Below are positions 46,696-55,922 of a stretch of 64,000 nt of DNA, in pieces. The notes beneath the pieces were generated by a model. That model saw nothing but the letters and a program-made list of their open reading frames with translations. It searched no databases and had not been told where the DNA came from. A program made the position numbers and the translations under genes. The stretch lies in contig OZ245842.1 of NCBI GenBank assembly GCA_965228895.1, positions 1,728,001-1,792,000 on the forward strand, given 5' to 3'. Source of the stretch: Alphaproteobacteria bacterium (GTDB taxonomy: Bacteria; Pseudomonadota; Alphaproteobacteria; SP197). Position 1 is the first letter of the stretch. Each line of letters starts with the position of its first letter.

Positions 46696-48747
46696 CTAGG
46701 CCACCTTCTCGATACGCACTTCCGTCGCGTGCACGCTGGTGCTTTCGCCCATGTCGGTTTTTTGCGGGATATGCAGCAGGTTCACGTTGGCGCCGCTGCC
46801 ATCATCGCCGCCGCCACGCACCTTGGGCCAGCGGCTCTTGTGGGTCAGGAGCGTGCCGGGCGGGATGTCGTCGGCGATCCGCGCGGTGAATATCAGGCTG
46901 CCCGCATCGTTGCTCAGCGACACCTCGGTACCGTCGGCGATGGCCAGCGCACCGGCGTCATCCGGGTGAATGGTCACCTGTGGTTTACCCATCAATTCGT
47001 CGACGCGTGGGTCGTTGCCGTAGCTGGAGTTCATCAGCCACTTGTCGGCCGGTGACAGCAGACGGAAACGGCCGTCGGCCGGTCGTGCATCGACGGTCGG
47101 CTGGGGAACGCGCGGATGGCCGTCGGCTTCCGCTTGCGCGCTTGCTATCTCAATCTTGCCGGACGGTGTCGGGAACGTGCCTTCGGACCACAGCACCATC
47201 GGCTCATCACCCAGGCTGACCCAGCCCTTTTCTTTCAGCGTCTCCCAATCGACGCCAAGGTCGGCGTACTTCAGTGTCTTGTCGATGACCGACTGGTCGT
47301 CTTCGTAGAGATGGTTTTCCTCAAAACCCATGGCGCGCGACAAGCGGCGGAAGATTTCCTGGTTGGGCAGGCTCTCGCCCATCGGCTCCTGGCACTTCAC
47401 CAGGGCGCCATAAGTAAAGTGGAAGTAAGACGATGCGAGATCGTCGAATTCCAGAAAGCTCGCCGCCGGCAGAACGATATCTGCATAGTCGGCGGTATCG
47501 GTCTGGAAACAGTCGATGACGACGGTGAACAGATCGTCCCGCTCAAGCCCGCGCCGCATCTTCGCCTGCTCCGGATTGGAGGCGACGGGGTTGCAGTTCC
47601 AGACCATGTAGGCGCGGAACGTGTCGGGCGACTGCAGGAGGTCCGGCACGTCCATCTGGCTGATCGACGGCGGCCCGTCGTCGTCCGGTGACGGCGCTTC
47701 ATAGGCGGGTGCGCCGCCCTTGCGGCTGGCGATGCCGAAGCTGTCGTTCAGGTAATAGAAGCCGGCGCCGGGCTTGCCGATGTTGCCGGTGAAAGCCGGC
47801 AGCATGGCGAGCGCGCGAAAGATGTTGCCGCCTTCGGGCTGGCGCTGGAGGCCCTGGCCGAGCCACAGCAGCGACGGGCCGGTGCCATAGACTTTGGCTG
47901 CCCGTTCGATGTCGGCGGCGGGCACGCCGGTCTGTTGTTCGCCCCATTCAGGCGTGCAATCGTCCAGGAGCGGCGCGACTTCGTCGTGACCCACGACGTG
48001 TTGGGCAATGTAGTCGTCATCGAACAGGCCGCCGCGGCCCATGACATGAAGCATAGCGAACGCGAGCGCGGCATCGGTGCCGGGCAGAGGTTGCAGGAAG
48101 AGGTCGGCTGCATCGGCGGTTTCGTGGCGCACCGGATCGACGACGATCACCTCGGCCGAATTTTCTTTAAGCCAGTGCTTATGAGCGTGCGGCGCGCTGT
48201 GGGAGGGGTTGGCGCCCCAGACCAGGATGCATTCGGAATCGCGCGCCGTACGCGGATCGAAACCGACATGGCTGTCGCCGAACACATACCCCCAGGCGAC
48301 ATGGCCGGCGTTGTTGCAGATGGTGTCCGGCTCGACCTCGGTCGCGCCCAGGCGTTTGAAGAAGCGCGACGGGAAACCATAGGCGAGTGCCGAACAGGTG
48401 CCGGTGTAGTGGGTATGAACGATCTTGTCAGCGCCGTGCTGGTCGGCGATGGCATGGAGTTTGTCGGCGATCGTCGAGAGCGCGTCGTCCCACGTGATTG
48501 CCTCGAACTGGCCCGAGCCCTTGGGGCCGGTGCGCCGCAACGGGTTCAAAAGGCGGGCGTTTTCGTCAAGCCAGACGCCGTTATAGGCGACGGCGCATTT
48601 GCCGCACAGCGCGCCGCGCGAGGTCGGGTGATCGGGGTCGCCCAGCACGCGCCTGATCTTGCCGTCGCGCTTGATGACGGCGATGCCGCAGCCGTCATAG
48701 CAGTCGCGCGGACAGGTGGATTTGATGATTTCCTTGGTGCCGGGCAT
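46696..48747 (-). CDS. molybdopterin oxidoreductase with N-terminal Fe-S motif (uncharacterised MopB subgroup)
   Basis: CPRDCYDGC...LCGK, NPLRR, TICNNAG (Cys ligand position), WGANP, TDTADYADIVLPAA; start MPGTKE after GGGAG. Confidence 0.9.
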   Translation of the reverse strand: MPGTKEIIKSTCPRDCYDGCGIAVIKRDGKIRRVLGDPDHPTSRGALCGKCAVAYNGVWLDENARLLNPLRRTGPKGSGQFEAITWDDALSTIADKLHAIADQHGADKIVHTHYTGTCSALAYGFPSRFFKRLGATEVEPDTICNNAGHVAWGYVFGDSHVGFDPRTARDSECILVWGANPSHSAPHAHKHWLKENSAEVIVVDPVRHETADAADLFLQPLPGTDAALAFAMLHVMGRGGLFDDDYIAQHVVGHDEVAPLLDDCTPEWGEQQTGVPAADIERAAKVYGTGPSLLWLGQGLQRQPEGGNIFRALAMLPAFTGNIGKPGAGFYYLNDSFGIASRKGGAPAYEAPSPDDDGPPSISQMDVPDLLQSPDTFRAYMVWNCNPVASNPEQAKMRRGLERDDLFTVVIDCFQTDTADYADIVLPAASFLEFDDLASSYFHFTYGALVKCQEPMGESLPNQEIFRRLSRAMGFEENHLYEDDQSVIDKTLKYADLGVDWETLKEKGWVSLGDEPMVLWSEGTFPTPSGKIEIASAQAEADGHPRVPQPTVDARPADGRFRLLSPADKWLMNSSYGNDPRVDELMGKPQVTIHPDDAGALAIADGTEVSLSNDAGSLIFTARIADDIPPGTLLTHKSRWPKVRGGGDDGSGANVNLLHIPQKTDMGESTSVHATEVRIEKVA

Positions 48748-48876
48748 GGCCGTATCGCTCCCTGGTTGCGGCGCTACCTTAGCCGAAGCCCCTAGGGCGA
48801 TACCAGATGCCCGGTTTCGCTTGACGGCAAGCCGTTCCGGCAGGCCAAGATGGCGCCCGAACGGCGAGGTAGGGTG

Positions 48877-50517
48877 ATGGTTCAGCCAGGCGACTACGAC
48901 TACATCATTGTCGGCGGCGGGTCGGCCGGCAGCGTTCTGGCAAGCCGCCTGTCGGAAGACCCGGACGTCAGCGTGCTCGTTTTGGAAGCGGGCACGAACA
49001 ACAAGGACTTCCGTGTCTACATGCCGGCCGCCAACGCCTTGGCATTCGGCCATCCGAAGTTCGACTGGCGCTACTATACCGAGCCCCAGCCCAACGTGGC
49101 GGGGCGACGCATCAACTGGCCGCGTGGGCGCGGTCTCGGCGGGTCGAGCGCCATAAACGGCATGATCTATATTCGCGGCAACGCCCGCGACTACGACGGT
49201 TGGCGCCAACTGGGCCTGGACGGCTGGGCCTATGCCGATGTGCTGCCCTACTTCAAGAGGTCGGAGAGCCGGTCGGTTGGTGGCGATGTCTATCGCGGCG
49301 ATTCCGGACCGCTGTTGACCGGCCCGGCCGGTAACCCGCAGCCGATCGACCATGCGTTTGTCGCCGCGTGTCTTCAGTCTGGTTTGCCGGAGAATGCGGA
49401 TTTCAACGGCGCCGGTCAGGTCGGCGCCGGCTTGCTCGATTTCACCGTGCATGGCGGCAAACGCTCCAGCGTCGCGCGCTGCTTCCTGGCTGCCGCCGCC
49501 GATCGCGCCAATCTGACAGTCGAGACCGGTTCCTTCGTCAGCTCTCTCGTGTGGGACGGCAATCGAGCGGCGGGCGTGACCTATACGCGTGACGGTCAAT
49601 CACAGACGGCGCGCGCCACACGTGAGATTATCGTGTCGCAAGGCGCCATCGGCTCGCCTCAGCTTCTCATGCTGTCGGGTATTGGCCCTGCTGATGATTT
49701 GCGCGCCCTCGGCATTGACGTTGTCGCAGATCTTCCCGGTGTCGGCGAAAACCTGCAGGACCATCTGAACATTCCCGTGCAGTTCAAGTGTACTGACCGC
49801 AACGCGACCTACGACCGGTGGCAACGACCGCATCGCGCGCTGTGGCTTGGCGCGGCCTATTTCCTCTCCGGCGGCAAGCTGGGGCCTGGCGGCAACGCGT
49901 TCTGGTCGGCCGGCGCCTTTTCGAGTGGTGGTGCCGATCCGGATGTGCCGACCTTTCAGGTCTTCTTCACGCCCATGGTGATCGAAGAAGACTTGCGGAC
50001 GAACACAAAAAAGGCGGTTTCGGGCTTTCAGCTCGACGTCAACCAGATGCATCCGGAAGCACGCGGCTGGATCAAGCTTCGGTCGACCGACCCGGCCGAT
50101 CACCCGATCATCGAACCGAACTACCTGACCGAGGAGCGCGATCGGCGGGAGCTTATCGATGCGGTCAAATGGGCGCGCGAGATTGTCAGCCAACCGGCGT
50201 TTGACCGTTATCGGGGCGACGAGATCGCGCCGGGCGCGGATCTGACGACGGATGAGGAAATCCTGGAGGGTGTCGCCAGTGGCGTCCAATCCGGCTACCA
50301 CCCGGTCGGCACCTGCAAGATGGGCATCGATAGCGATCCGATGGCCGTGGTCGACCCCGAGCTCCGTGTTCGTGGCGTTGAGGGCCTGCGCGTCGTCGAT
50401 GCCTCGGTCATGCCGATCCTGGTCACCGGCAACACCAACGCGCCGACGGTGATGATCGCCGAAAAGACATCCGACATGATCCGCGGCAAGGCACCGCTGC
50501 CGCGCGCGGAGATTTGA
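48877..50517 (+). CDS. GMC oxidoreductase (choline dehydrogenase-like)
   Basis: YDYIIVGGGSAG, RGRGLGGSSAINGM, GVGENLQDH, YHPVGTCKMG, GNTNAPTVMIAEK. Confidence 0.93.
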   Translation: MVQPGDYDYIIVGGGSAGSVLASRLSEDPDVSVLVLEAGTNNKDFRVYMPAANALAFGHPKFDWRYYTEPQPNVAGRRINWPRGRGLGGSSAINGMIYIRGNARDYDGWRQLGLDGWAYADVLPYFKRSESRSVGGDVYRGDSGPLLTGPAGNPQPIDHAFVAACLQSGLPENADFNGAGQVGAGLLDFTVHGGKRSSVARCFLAAAADRANLTVETGSFVSSLVWDGNRAAGVTYTRDGQSQTARATREIIVSQGAIGSPQLLMLSGIGPADDLRALGIDVVADLPGVGENLQDHLNIPVQFKCTDRNATYDRWQRPHRALWLGAAYFLSGGKLGPGGNAFWSAGAFSSGGADPDVPTFQVFFTPMVIEEDLRTNTKKAVSGFQLDVNQMHPEARGWIKLRSTDPADHPIIEPNYLTEERDRRELIDAVKWAREIVSQPAFDRYRGDEIAPGADLTTDEEILEGVASGVQSGYHPVGTCKMGIDSDPMAVVDPELRVRGVEGLRVVDASVMPILVTGNTNAPTVMIAEKTSDMIRGKAPLPRAEI

Positions 50518-50518
50518 C

Positions 50519-51271
50519 GTGACGAAGAGCGAAATGCCGACAGCCATCGTCACGGCGGCCAGCAAGGGCATCGGCGCTGCCTGCGTGCGCGAGCTGGCGC
50601 GGCGCGGTTACGGCCTTGCGATCATGGCCCGGTCGGACGCCATTCATGACGTCGCAAGCGAGGTCGGGGCCGAGGCCTTTCAGGGTGACGTGACGAACGC
50701 CCAGGATCTCGCGCGGTTCATCGCCGGCGCCCACGAACACCTCGGCCGGATTGACGCCGTGGTTGCCAACACGGGCATGTCGCGGGACGTCGGCGGCTAT
50801 GACGGGTCGTTCTTCGACATCAACCGAGACGCCAGCATTATCGACTACGACGACTCCTATTGGTCAGACATGTTCGACTTGCAGTTCATGTATGTCGTTC
50901 GTTTGAGCCGGCTGCTGACGCCGATCATGAAAGCGCAGGGTAAGGGTGCGATCGTCAATATCTCGGCGATGATTTCGAAAGAGCCGCATCAGGCCTTTCC
51001 CAGTTCGTCGACCATGCGCCGCGCGCTCGACGGCTACGTCAAACTTTTCGCCGATCGCCACGCACGCGACGGTGTCCGCATGAACACCGTCTCCCCGGGA
51101 CTGGTCAGCAATATCGACTGGGACCAGACCCAGCTCGATGCCGTCCCCATGCAACGCCCGGTCGATCCGGAAGAGCTGGCCCGACTTGTGGCATTCCTGC
51201 TGTCCGAAGACGCGGCCTATGTCACGGGCCAGAACATTCTGGCCGATGGCGGTTTCAATCGCAGCGTTTGA
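50519..51271 (+). CDS. SDR-family oxidoreductase (atypical active site)
   Basis: TAASKGIG, ANTG, SSTMR in place of YxxxK, YVTGQNILADGG. Confidence 0.88.
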   Translation: MTKSEMPTAIVTAASKGIGAACVRELARRGYGLAIMARSDAIHDVASEVGAEAFQGDVTNAQDLARFIAGAHEHLGRIDAVVANTGMSRDVGGYDGSFFDINRDASIIDYDDSYWSDMFDLQFMYVVRLSRLLTPIMKAQGKGAIVNISAMISKEPHQAFPSSSTMRRALDGYVKLFADRHARDGVRMNTVSPGLVSNIDWDQTQLDAVPMQRPVDPEELARLVAFLLSEDAAYVTGQNILADGGFNRSV

Positions 51272-51308
51272 TCGCGAAGCGATCTCAATAAAACGGGATC
51301 GGCTCTAG
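51271..51308. repeat. RIME-like repeat, copy 2 (truncated right half)
   Basis: ATCGCGAAGCGATCTCAATAAAACGGGATCGGCTCTAG matches the right half of copies 1 and 3. Confidence 0.75.
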
Positions 51309-51682
51309 ACCGGCTTCCTGCGGCTGGCGTCGACGATCTGGACGCGCCAGCCGTCGGGATCGCGCAGGTTGATGTTGGTGCGTCCGGTCGAGGCGACGTC
51401 GTGGGGCGGCTCCTCGATTTTGATATCGGTCTTGGCCAGGTTGTCATAAGCGGCGTTCACGTCATCGGTGCGAAACGCGATGTGGTTGATACCGATGACC
51501 TCCTCGCCGCCGACTTCATGCAGTTCGAAGATCGGCTGGTTGTCGCCCGGCAGCTTCAGTTCGGCCGACTGGCCGTGGTGGCTGGTGCGGGTGATGACCT
51601 CGAACCCAAGCTTCTCCAGATAGGCGACATAAGCGTCGAGGTCGCGGACGATAATCTCGATATGGTCGATGGCGTTCAGCAT
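51305..51682 (-). CDS. VOC / glyoxalase family protein
   Basis: IDHIEIIVRD, FELH, GINHIAF, RDPDGWRVQ; GGAGG RBS. Confidence 0.9.
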   Translation of the reverse strand: MLNAIDHIEIIVRDLDAYVAYLEKLGFEVITRTSHHGQSAELKLPGDNQPIFELHEVGGEEVIGINHIAFRTDDVNAAYDNLAKTDIKIEEPPHDVASTGRTNINLRDPDGWRVQIVDASRRKPV

Positions 51683-51701
51683 GGGCGTGCCTCCGATTTG
51701 C

Positions 51702-52376
51702 TTAGAGGTTGGGCATCAGGCCCGGCAGTTCGTCGAGACGGTCGATCAGCGCGTCGCCATCGAGTTCCTCAACGGGGATCGCCGTGTAGCCGTAGCGCAC
51801 GAGGACGGCGGGCATGTCGAAGGCGCGCGCCGCCGCGACATCGGCTTTGCTGTCGCCGACCATCAGCGCGTGGGTGCCGTCGACACCGAGCTCATCGAGA
51901 ACCGCGCCAAGGTGGCGGGGGTCCGGTTTCATGGCGCCGGTGGTGTCGCCGCCGACGACGGAGTCCATGTAGCGGGTCAGGCCGAAGTTTTCGGCGACCA
52001 CGTCGGTCGCCTCCTGGCGCTTGTTGGTGCAGATGCCGAGCTTCAGACCCTGCCCATGCAGCAGTTGGATCGTCTCCATGGCGCTCGGGTAGAGGCTGGA
52101 GAGTCGGGTGCTGCGCGGAACATAACAGGCGCGGAACCGCTCGACCGCCCAGTCGATGCCCTGTTCGGGATCGCCGCCGGTCATCTCCATGATCCTTTCC
52201 AGGAGGCCGGCCCAGCCCGACCCCACCATCTGGCGGATCGTTGCTTCGCTGACCGCGACCCGGCCCAGATCGGCCAGCACCATGTTGATGGCATCGGCAA
52301 TATCGGGCGCGCTGTCGATCAAGGTGCCGTCCAGATCAAAAACGACGGCGCGGAAGCGGTGGGGCGATGGCGGCAT
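51702..52376 (-). CDS. gph: phosphoglycolate phosphatase (HAD superfamily)
   Basis: FDLDGTLIDSAPD, CTNK, KPDP, MVGDSKAD, YGY; divergent from glmU. Confidence 0.88.
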   Translation of the reverse strand: MPPSPHRFRAVVFDLDGTLIDSAPDIADAINMVLADLGRVAVSEATIRQMVGSGWAGLLERIMEMTGGDPEQGIDWAVERFRACYVPRSTRLSSLYPSAMETIQLLHGQGLKLGICTNKRQEATDVVAENFGLTRYMDSVVGGDTTGAMKPDPRHLGAVLDELGVDGTHALMVGDSKADVAAARAFDMPAVLVRYGYTAIPVEELDGDALIDRLDELPGLMPNL

Positions 52377-52406
52377 GAAAACTCTCAAGCAGGACGATGG
52401 GGCAAC

Positions 52407-52545
52407 CTAGAGCGGATCGTGCTTGGGTGGAACCGGTTGACGGTTCCACCCAAGCACGTGAATCCGCTCCCTATCTATGCGTAGAGCCGATTCACCTGCC
52501 TTGATGTCATCGCGAAGCGATCTCATCAAAGCAGGATCTGCTCTA
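52407..52545. repeat. RIME-like repeat, copy 3 (complete two-hairpin form)
   Basis: CTAGAGC start; perfect 18-bp stem 52418-52435/52441-52458; linker; second hairpin 52482-52545 ending GCTCTA. Confidence 0.88.
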
Positions 52546-52694
52546 TGGGGCCTCGGCGGTGTGTGCAACGACAGGTGTGGTGTGGCTGGAGACCCTGTAA
52601 AGGATTGAAAGACAACGTGACTTGGACCCTGGAAAAGCCCTGTGGCAGGGTCCGGGCCGTTCTAGAGTGCAGATGTGGGTTCCCCTGTTACGCC

Positions 52695-54083
52695 ATGACT
52701 GAGGATTTGGTTCTTCCAGCCGTTGCCGCCGTCGTCTTGGGCGCCGGCCTGGGCACGCGCATGAAATCGGACCTGCCCAAGGTCATGCACCCGATCGCCG
52801 GGCGCCCCATGGTCAACTATGTCCTGGAGGCCGTGGGCGCGCTTGATCCCGAACGCACCATCGTCGTCGTCGGCCCGGACATGGACCAGCTTGCCGCCGC
52901 GGTGGCGCCGGCCCTCACCGCGGTCCAGGACGAACCTCTGGGTACCGGTCACGCGGTGATGGCGGCGCGTGGCGCGCTTGAGGGGTTCCCGTCAGGCGAG
53001 GGGCCGGCGGACGTCCTGATCCTGTTCGGCGATGCCGCCATGATTGAGCCTGACACCATCCATGGCCTGATCGCCGCCAGGCGCGAGGCCGGGGCGGCGG
53101 TGGCCGTGCTGGGTGTCAGCGTGACCACGGACAACCGCTATGGCCGCCTGGACCTGGCTGACGACGGCAGTCTGGCGCGCATCGTCGAGTTCCGGGACGC
53201 CTCCGAGGCACTGCGTCAGTCCAAGCTCTGCAACTCCGGCATGATGTCGGTCGATGCCGCACTGCTGCCGGGCCTGCTCGACCGCATCGGCAACGACAAC
53301 GCCAAGGGCGAATACTATCTGACCGACATTGTGGGTCTGGCACGCGCCGACGGTCACCGCTGCGTCGTCCTGGAGACGAATGATCCTGAAGATCTGATCG
53401 GCGCTGATGACCGGGCGGACCTCGCCCGTTTCGAAGCAGCGATGCAAAAACGGCTGCGGGGGCGAGCCATGGTGAACGGTGTTCACCTGATTGCACCTGA
53501 GACAGTTTTTCTTAGTTACGACACAATTTTAGATCATGATGTGAAGGTGGAACCTCATGTCGTGTTTGGCCCTGCGGTTAAGGTGGGCGCGGGCGTCGTC
53601 ATCAAGAGTTTCTGTCACCTGGAAGGCGCGGTCGTCGCACCCGGCGCGCGGGTCGGGCCATACGCACGGCTGAGGCCCGGCGCCGAGATCGGCGAGGGCG
53701 CCCATATCGGCAACTTCGTCGAGATCAAGAACACTGTCTTCGAGGAGGGCGCCAAAGCCAATCATTTGGCCTATGTCGGAGACGCGCATGTGGGCGCGGG
53801 CGCCAATGTCGGGGCCGGCACGATCACCTGCAACTACGACGGCTACCTGAAACATCTGACCGAGATCGGCGCCGGCGCCTTCATCGGCTCCAACTCTGCG
53901 TTGGTCGCGCCGGTCAAGGTCGGCGAGGGCGCGATTGTCGGCGCGGGCAGCACGATCACCCGCGACGTCGCCGACGACGCGCTCTCCATCACCCGGCCCG
54001 AGCAGGTGACCCGCGAAGGCTTTGCCTCGCTCTATCGCGAACACAAGGCCGCCGAAAAGGCGCGCCGCAAGAAGAAGGGATAA
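52695..54083 (+). CDS. glmU: bifunctional UDP-N-acetylglucosamine pyrophosphorylase / glucosamine-1-phosphate N-acetyltransferase
   Basis: GLGTRMKSDLPKVMH, LGTGHAV, GEYYLTD, VGPYARLRPG, GNFVEIK, HLAYVGDA, GTITCNYDG. Confidence 0.97.
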   Translation: MTEDLVLPAVAAVVLGAGLGTRMKSDLPKVMHPIAGRPMVNYVLEAVGALDPERTIVVVGPDMDQLAAAVAPALTAVQDEPLGTGHAVMAARGALEGFPSGEGPADVLILFGDAAMIEPDTIHGLIAARREAGAAVAVLGVSVTTDNRYGRLDLADDGSLARIVEFRDASEALRQSKLCNSGMMSVDAALLPGLLDRIGNDNAKGEYYLTDIVGLARADGHRCVVLETNDPEDLIGADDRADLARFEAAMQKRLRGRAMVNGVHLIAPETVFLSYDTILDHDVKVEPHVVFGPAVKVGAGVVIKSFCHLEGAVVAPGARVGPYARLRPGAEIGEGAHIGNFVEIKNTVFEEGAKANHLAYVGDAHVGAGANVGAGTITCNYDGYLKHLTEIGAGAFIGSNSALVAPVKVGEGAIVGAGSTITRDVADDALSITRPEQVTREGFASLYREHKAAEKARRKKKG

Positions 54084-54089
54084 CCGGCT

Positions 54090-55913
54090 ATGTGCGGCAT
54101 TATCGGTATCATCGGCACACGCGAAGCAGCGCCCATTCTGGTCGACGGCCTGAAGCGGCTGGAATACCGGGGCTACGACTCCGCCGGCATCGCGACCCTG
54201 GTGAACAGCCATATCGAGGGTTGCCGCGCGCCCGGCAAACTCGCCAACCTCGAAGCCAAACTGCTGGTCGATCCGTTGCCCGGCACCGTCGGCATCGGCC
54301 ACACCCGCTGGGCAACCCACGGCGAACCGACGGAAACCAACGCGCATCCGCATAGGACCGAGCAGGTCGCGGTCGTCCATAACGGCATCATCGAGAACTT
54401 CCGCGAACTGCGCGATGAGTTGATCGCCGCCGGCCGGAACTTCCAAAGCGACACGGATACGGAAGTCGTGCCCCAGCTCATCACCCATCTGATGCAGCAG
54501 GGCCACACGGTGCGTGAAGCGGTCGCCGAGGCCCTGCCACGCTTGCGTGGCGCCTTTGCGCTTGGCATCCTGGTCGCCGGCGAGGATCAGATCATGATTG
54601 GCGCGCGACGCGGCAGCCCGCTCGCGGTGGGCTGGGGCGACGGCGAGATGTTCCTGGCGTCCGACGCCCTGGCGCTCGCGCCCTATACCCAGCGCGTCTC
54701 GTACCTGGAGGATGATGACTGGGTTGAGGTGACCAGGGATGGCGCCACCGTCTTTGACGCCAGTGACAACGAGGTCGAGCGGCCGGTGATCGTGACGCAG
54801 TTGTCGGGTGCTGCGATCGGCAAGGGCAACTACCGCCATTTCATGGCCAAGGAGATCCACGAGCAGCCGGAGGTCGTTGGCCAGACACTGCACGCCTATT
54901 ACGACGCGCTGAACGACCGCGCGGAGTTCCCTGGCTTGGATATCGACCTGTTCGACGTGCCGAAGATCACCCTGGTCGCCTGCGGCACCGCTTCGCTTGC
55001 GGCGCTGACGGCAAAGTACTGGCTCGAAGGCCTGGCCCGCGTGCCCGTCGAGGTCGATGTCGCCTCGGAGTTCCGCTACCGCCAGGCGCCGATGCCCAAG
55101 GGCGGTATGGCGCTTTTTGTGTCGCAGTCCGGCGAGACCGCCGACACACTGGCCGCGCTACGTTATGCGCGCGAGCAGAACCAGTACATCGTGACGCTGA
55201 CCAACACACCGACCAGCACCATGGCGCGCGAGTCCGACCATGTTCTGTTGACCCGCGCCGGACCGGAAATCGGCGTTGCCGCGACCAAGACCTTCACCTG
55301 TCAGCTCGTTGTCCTCGCAACGCTCGCCGTCGCCGCCGCCGAGGCGCGCGGCACGATCGACCGGGGTGAGGCGGCCAAGAAGCTCGCTGCGCTCGGCGAC
55401 CTTCCGTCGGCCATGAGCGAGGTGTTGCGTCATGAAGACGCCATCAAGGATGTCGCTCGGGCTCTCAACGAGGCGCGCGACGTGCTCTATCTGGGTCGCG
55501 GTCCAAGCTACCCGATTGCGCTTGAAGGTGCGCTGAAGCTCAAGGAGATCTCGTACATCCACGCCGAAGGCTATGCGTCGGGCGAGATGAAGCATGGACC
55601 GATCGCCCTGATTGACGAGCATGTGCCGGTGATCGTCATCGCGCCCTCCGACGAACTCTTCGACAAGAGCGTCTCGAACCTTGAGGAGGTGGCGGCACGC
55701 AAGGGACGGATCATCCTGATCACCGACGAGGCCGGCGCGAAGGCGGCCGGCGGTTCCGCCGAACATGTGATCACCGTGCCCCAGGTCGACCCTCTGGCAT
55801 CACCGCTGGTGACCTGCTTGCCCGTGCAGTTGCTGTCCTATCACGCGGCCGTTCTGCGCGGCACCGATGTCGATCAGCCGCGTAACCTCGCCAAGAGCGT
55901 CACGGTCGAATAG
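54090..55913 (+). CDS. glmS: glutamine-fructose-6-phosphate transaminase (isomerizing)
   Basis: MCGIIG, LEYRGYDSAG, GHTRWATHG, SQSGETADT, LKLKEISYIHAE, PRNLAKSVTVE. Confidence 0.98.
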   Translation: MCGIIGIIGTREAAPILVDGLKRLEYRGYDSAGIATLVNSHIEGCRAPGKLANLEAKLLVDPLPGTVGIGHTRWATHGEPTETNAHPHRTEQVAVVHNGIIENFRELRDELIAAGRNFQSDTDTEVVPQLITHLMQQGHTVREAVAEALPRLRGAFALGILVAGEDQIMIGARRGSPLAVGWGDGEMFLASDALALAPYTQRVSYLEDDDWVEVTRDGATVFDASDNEVERPVIVTQLSGAAIGKGNYRHFMAKEIHEQPEVVGQTLHAYYDALNDRAEFPGLDIDLFDVPKITLVACGTASLAALTAKYWLEGLARVPVEVDVASEFRYRQAPMPKGGMALFVSQSGETADTLAALRYAREQNQYIVTLTNTPTSTMARESDHVLLTRAGPEIGVAATKTFTCQLVVLATLAVAAAEARGTIDRGEAAKKLAALGDLPSAMSEVLRHEDAIKDVARALNEARDVLYLGRGPSYPIALEGALKLKEISYIHAEGYASGEMKHGPIALIDEHVPVIVIAPSDELFDKSVSNLEEVAARKGRIILITDEAGAKAAGGSAEHVITVPQVDPLASPLVTCLPVQLLSYHAAVLRGTDVDQPRNLAKSVTVE

Positions 55914-55922
55914 GGCCCTAAG

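Noticed and set aside
45556-47055. Long alternative-frame or antisense ORFs (also 53529-54893, 56595-58442, 37803-39050, 390-1418 and the 5' extension 48748-49599)
   Set aside because: These are shadow ORFs opposite well-supported genes, expected in high-GC DNA, and show no recognisable motifs.
50519-51271. SDR lacking YxxxK as a possible pseudogene
   Set aside because: The ORF is intact and SxxxR-type active sites occur in a known atypical SDR subgroup.
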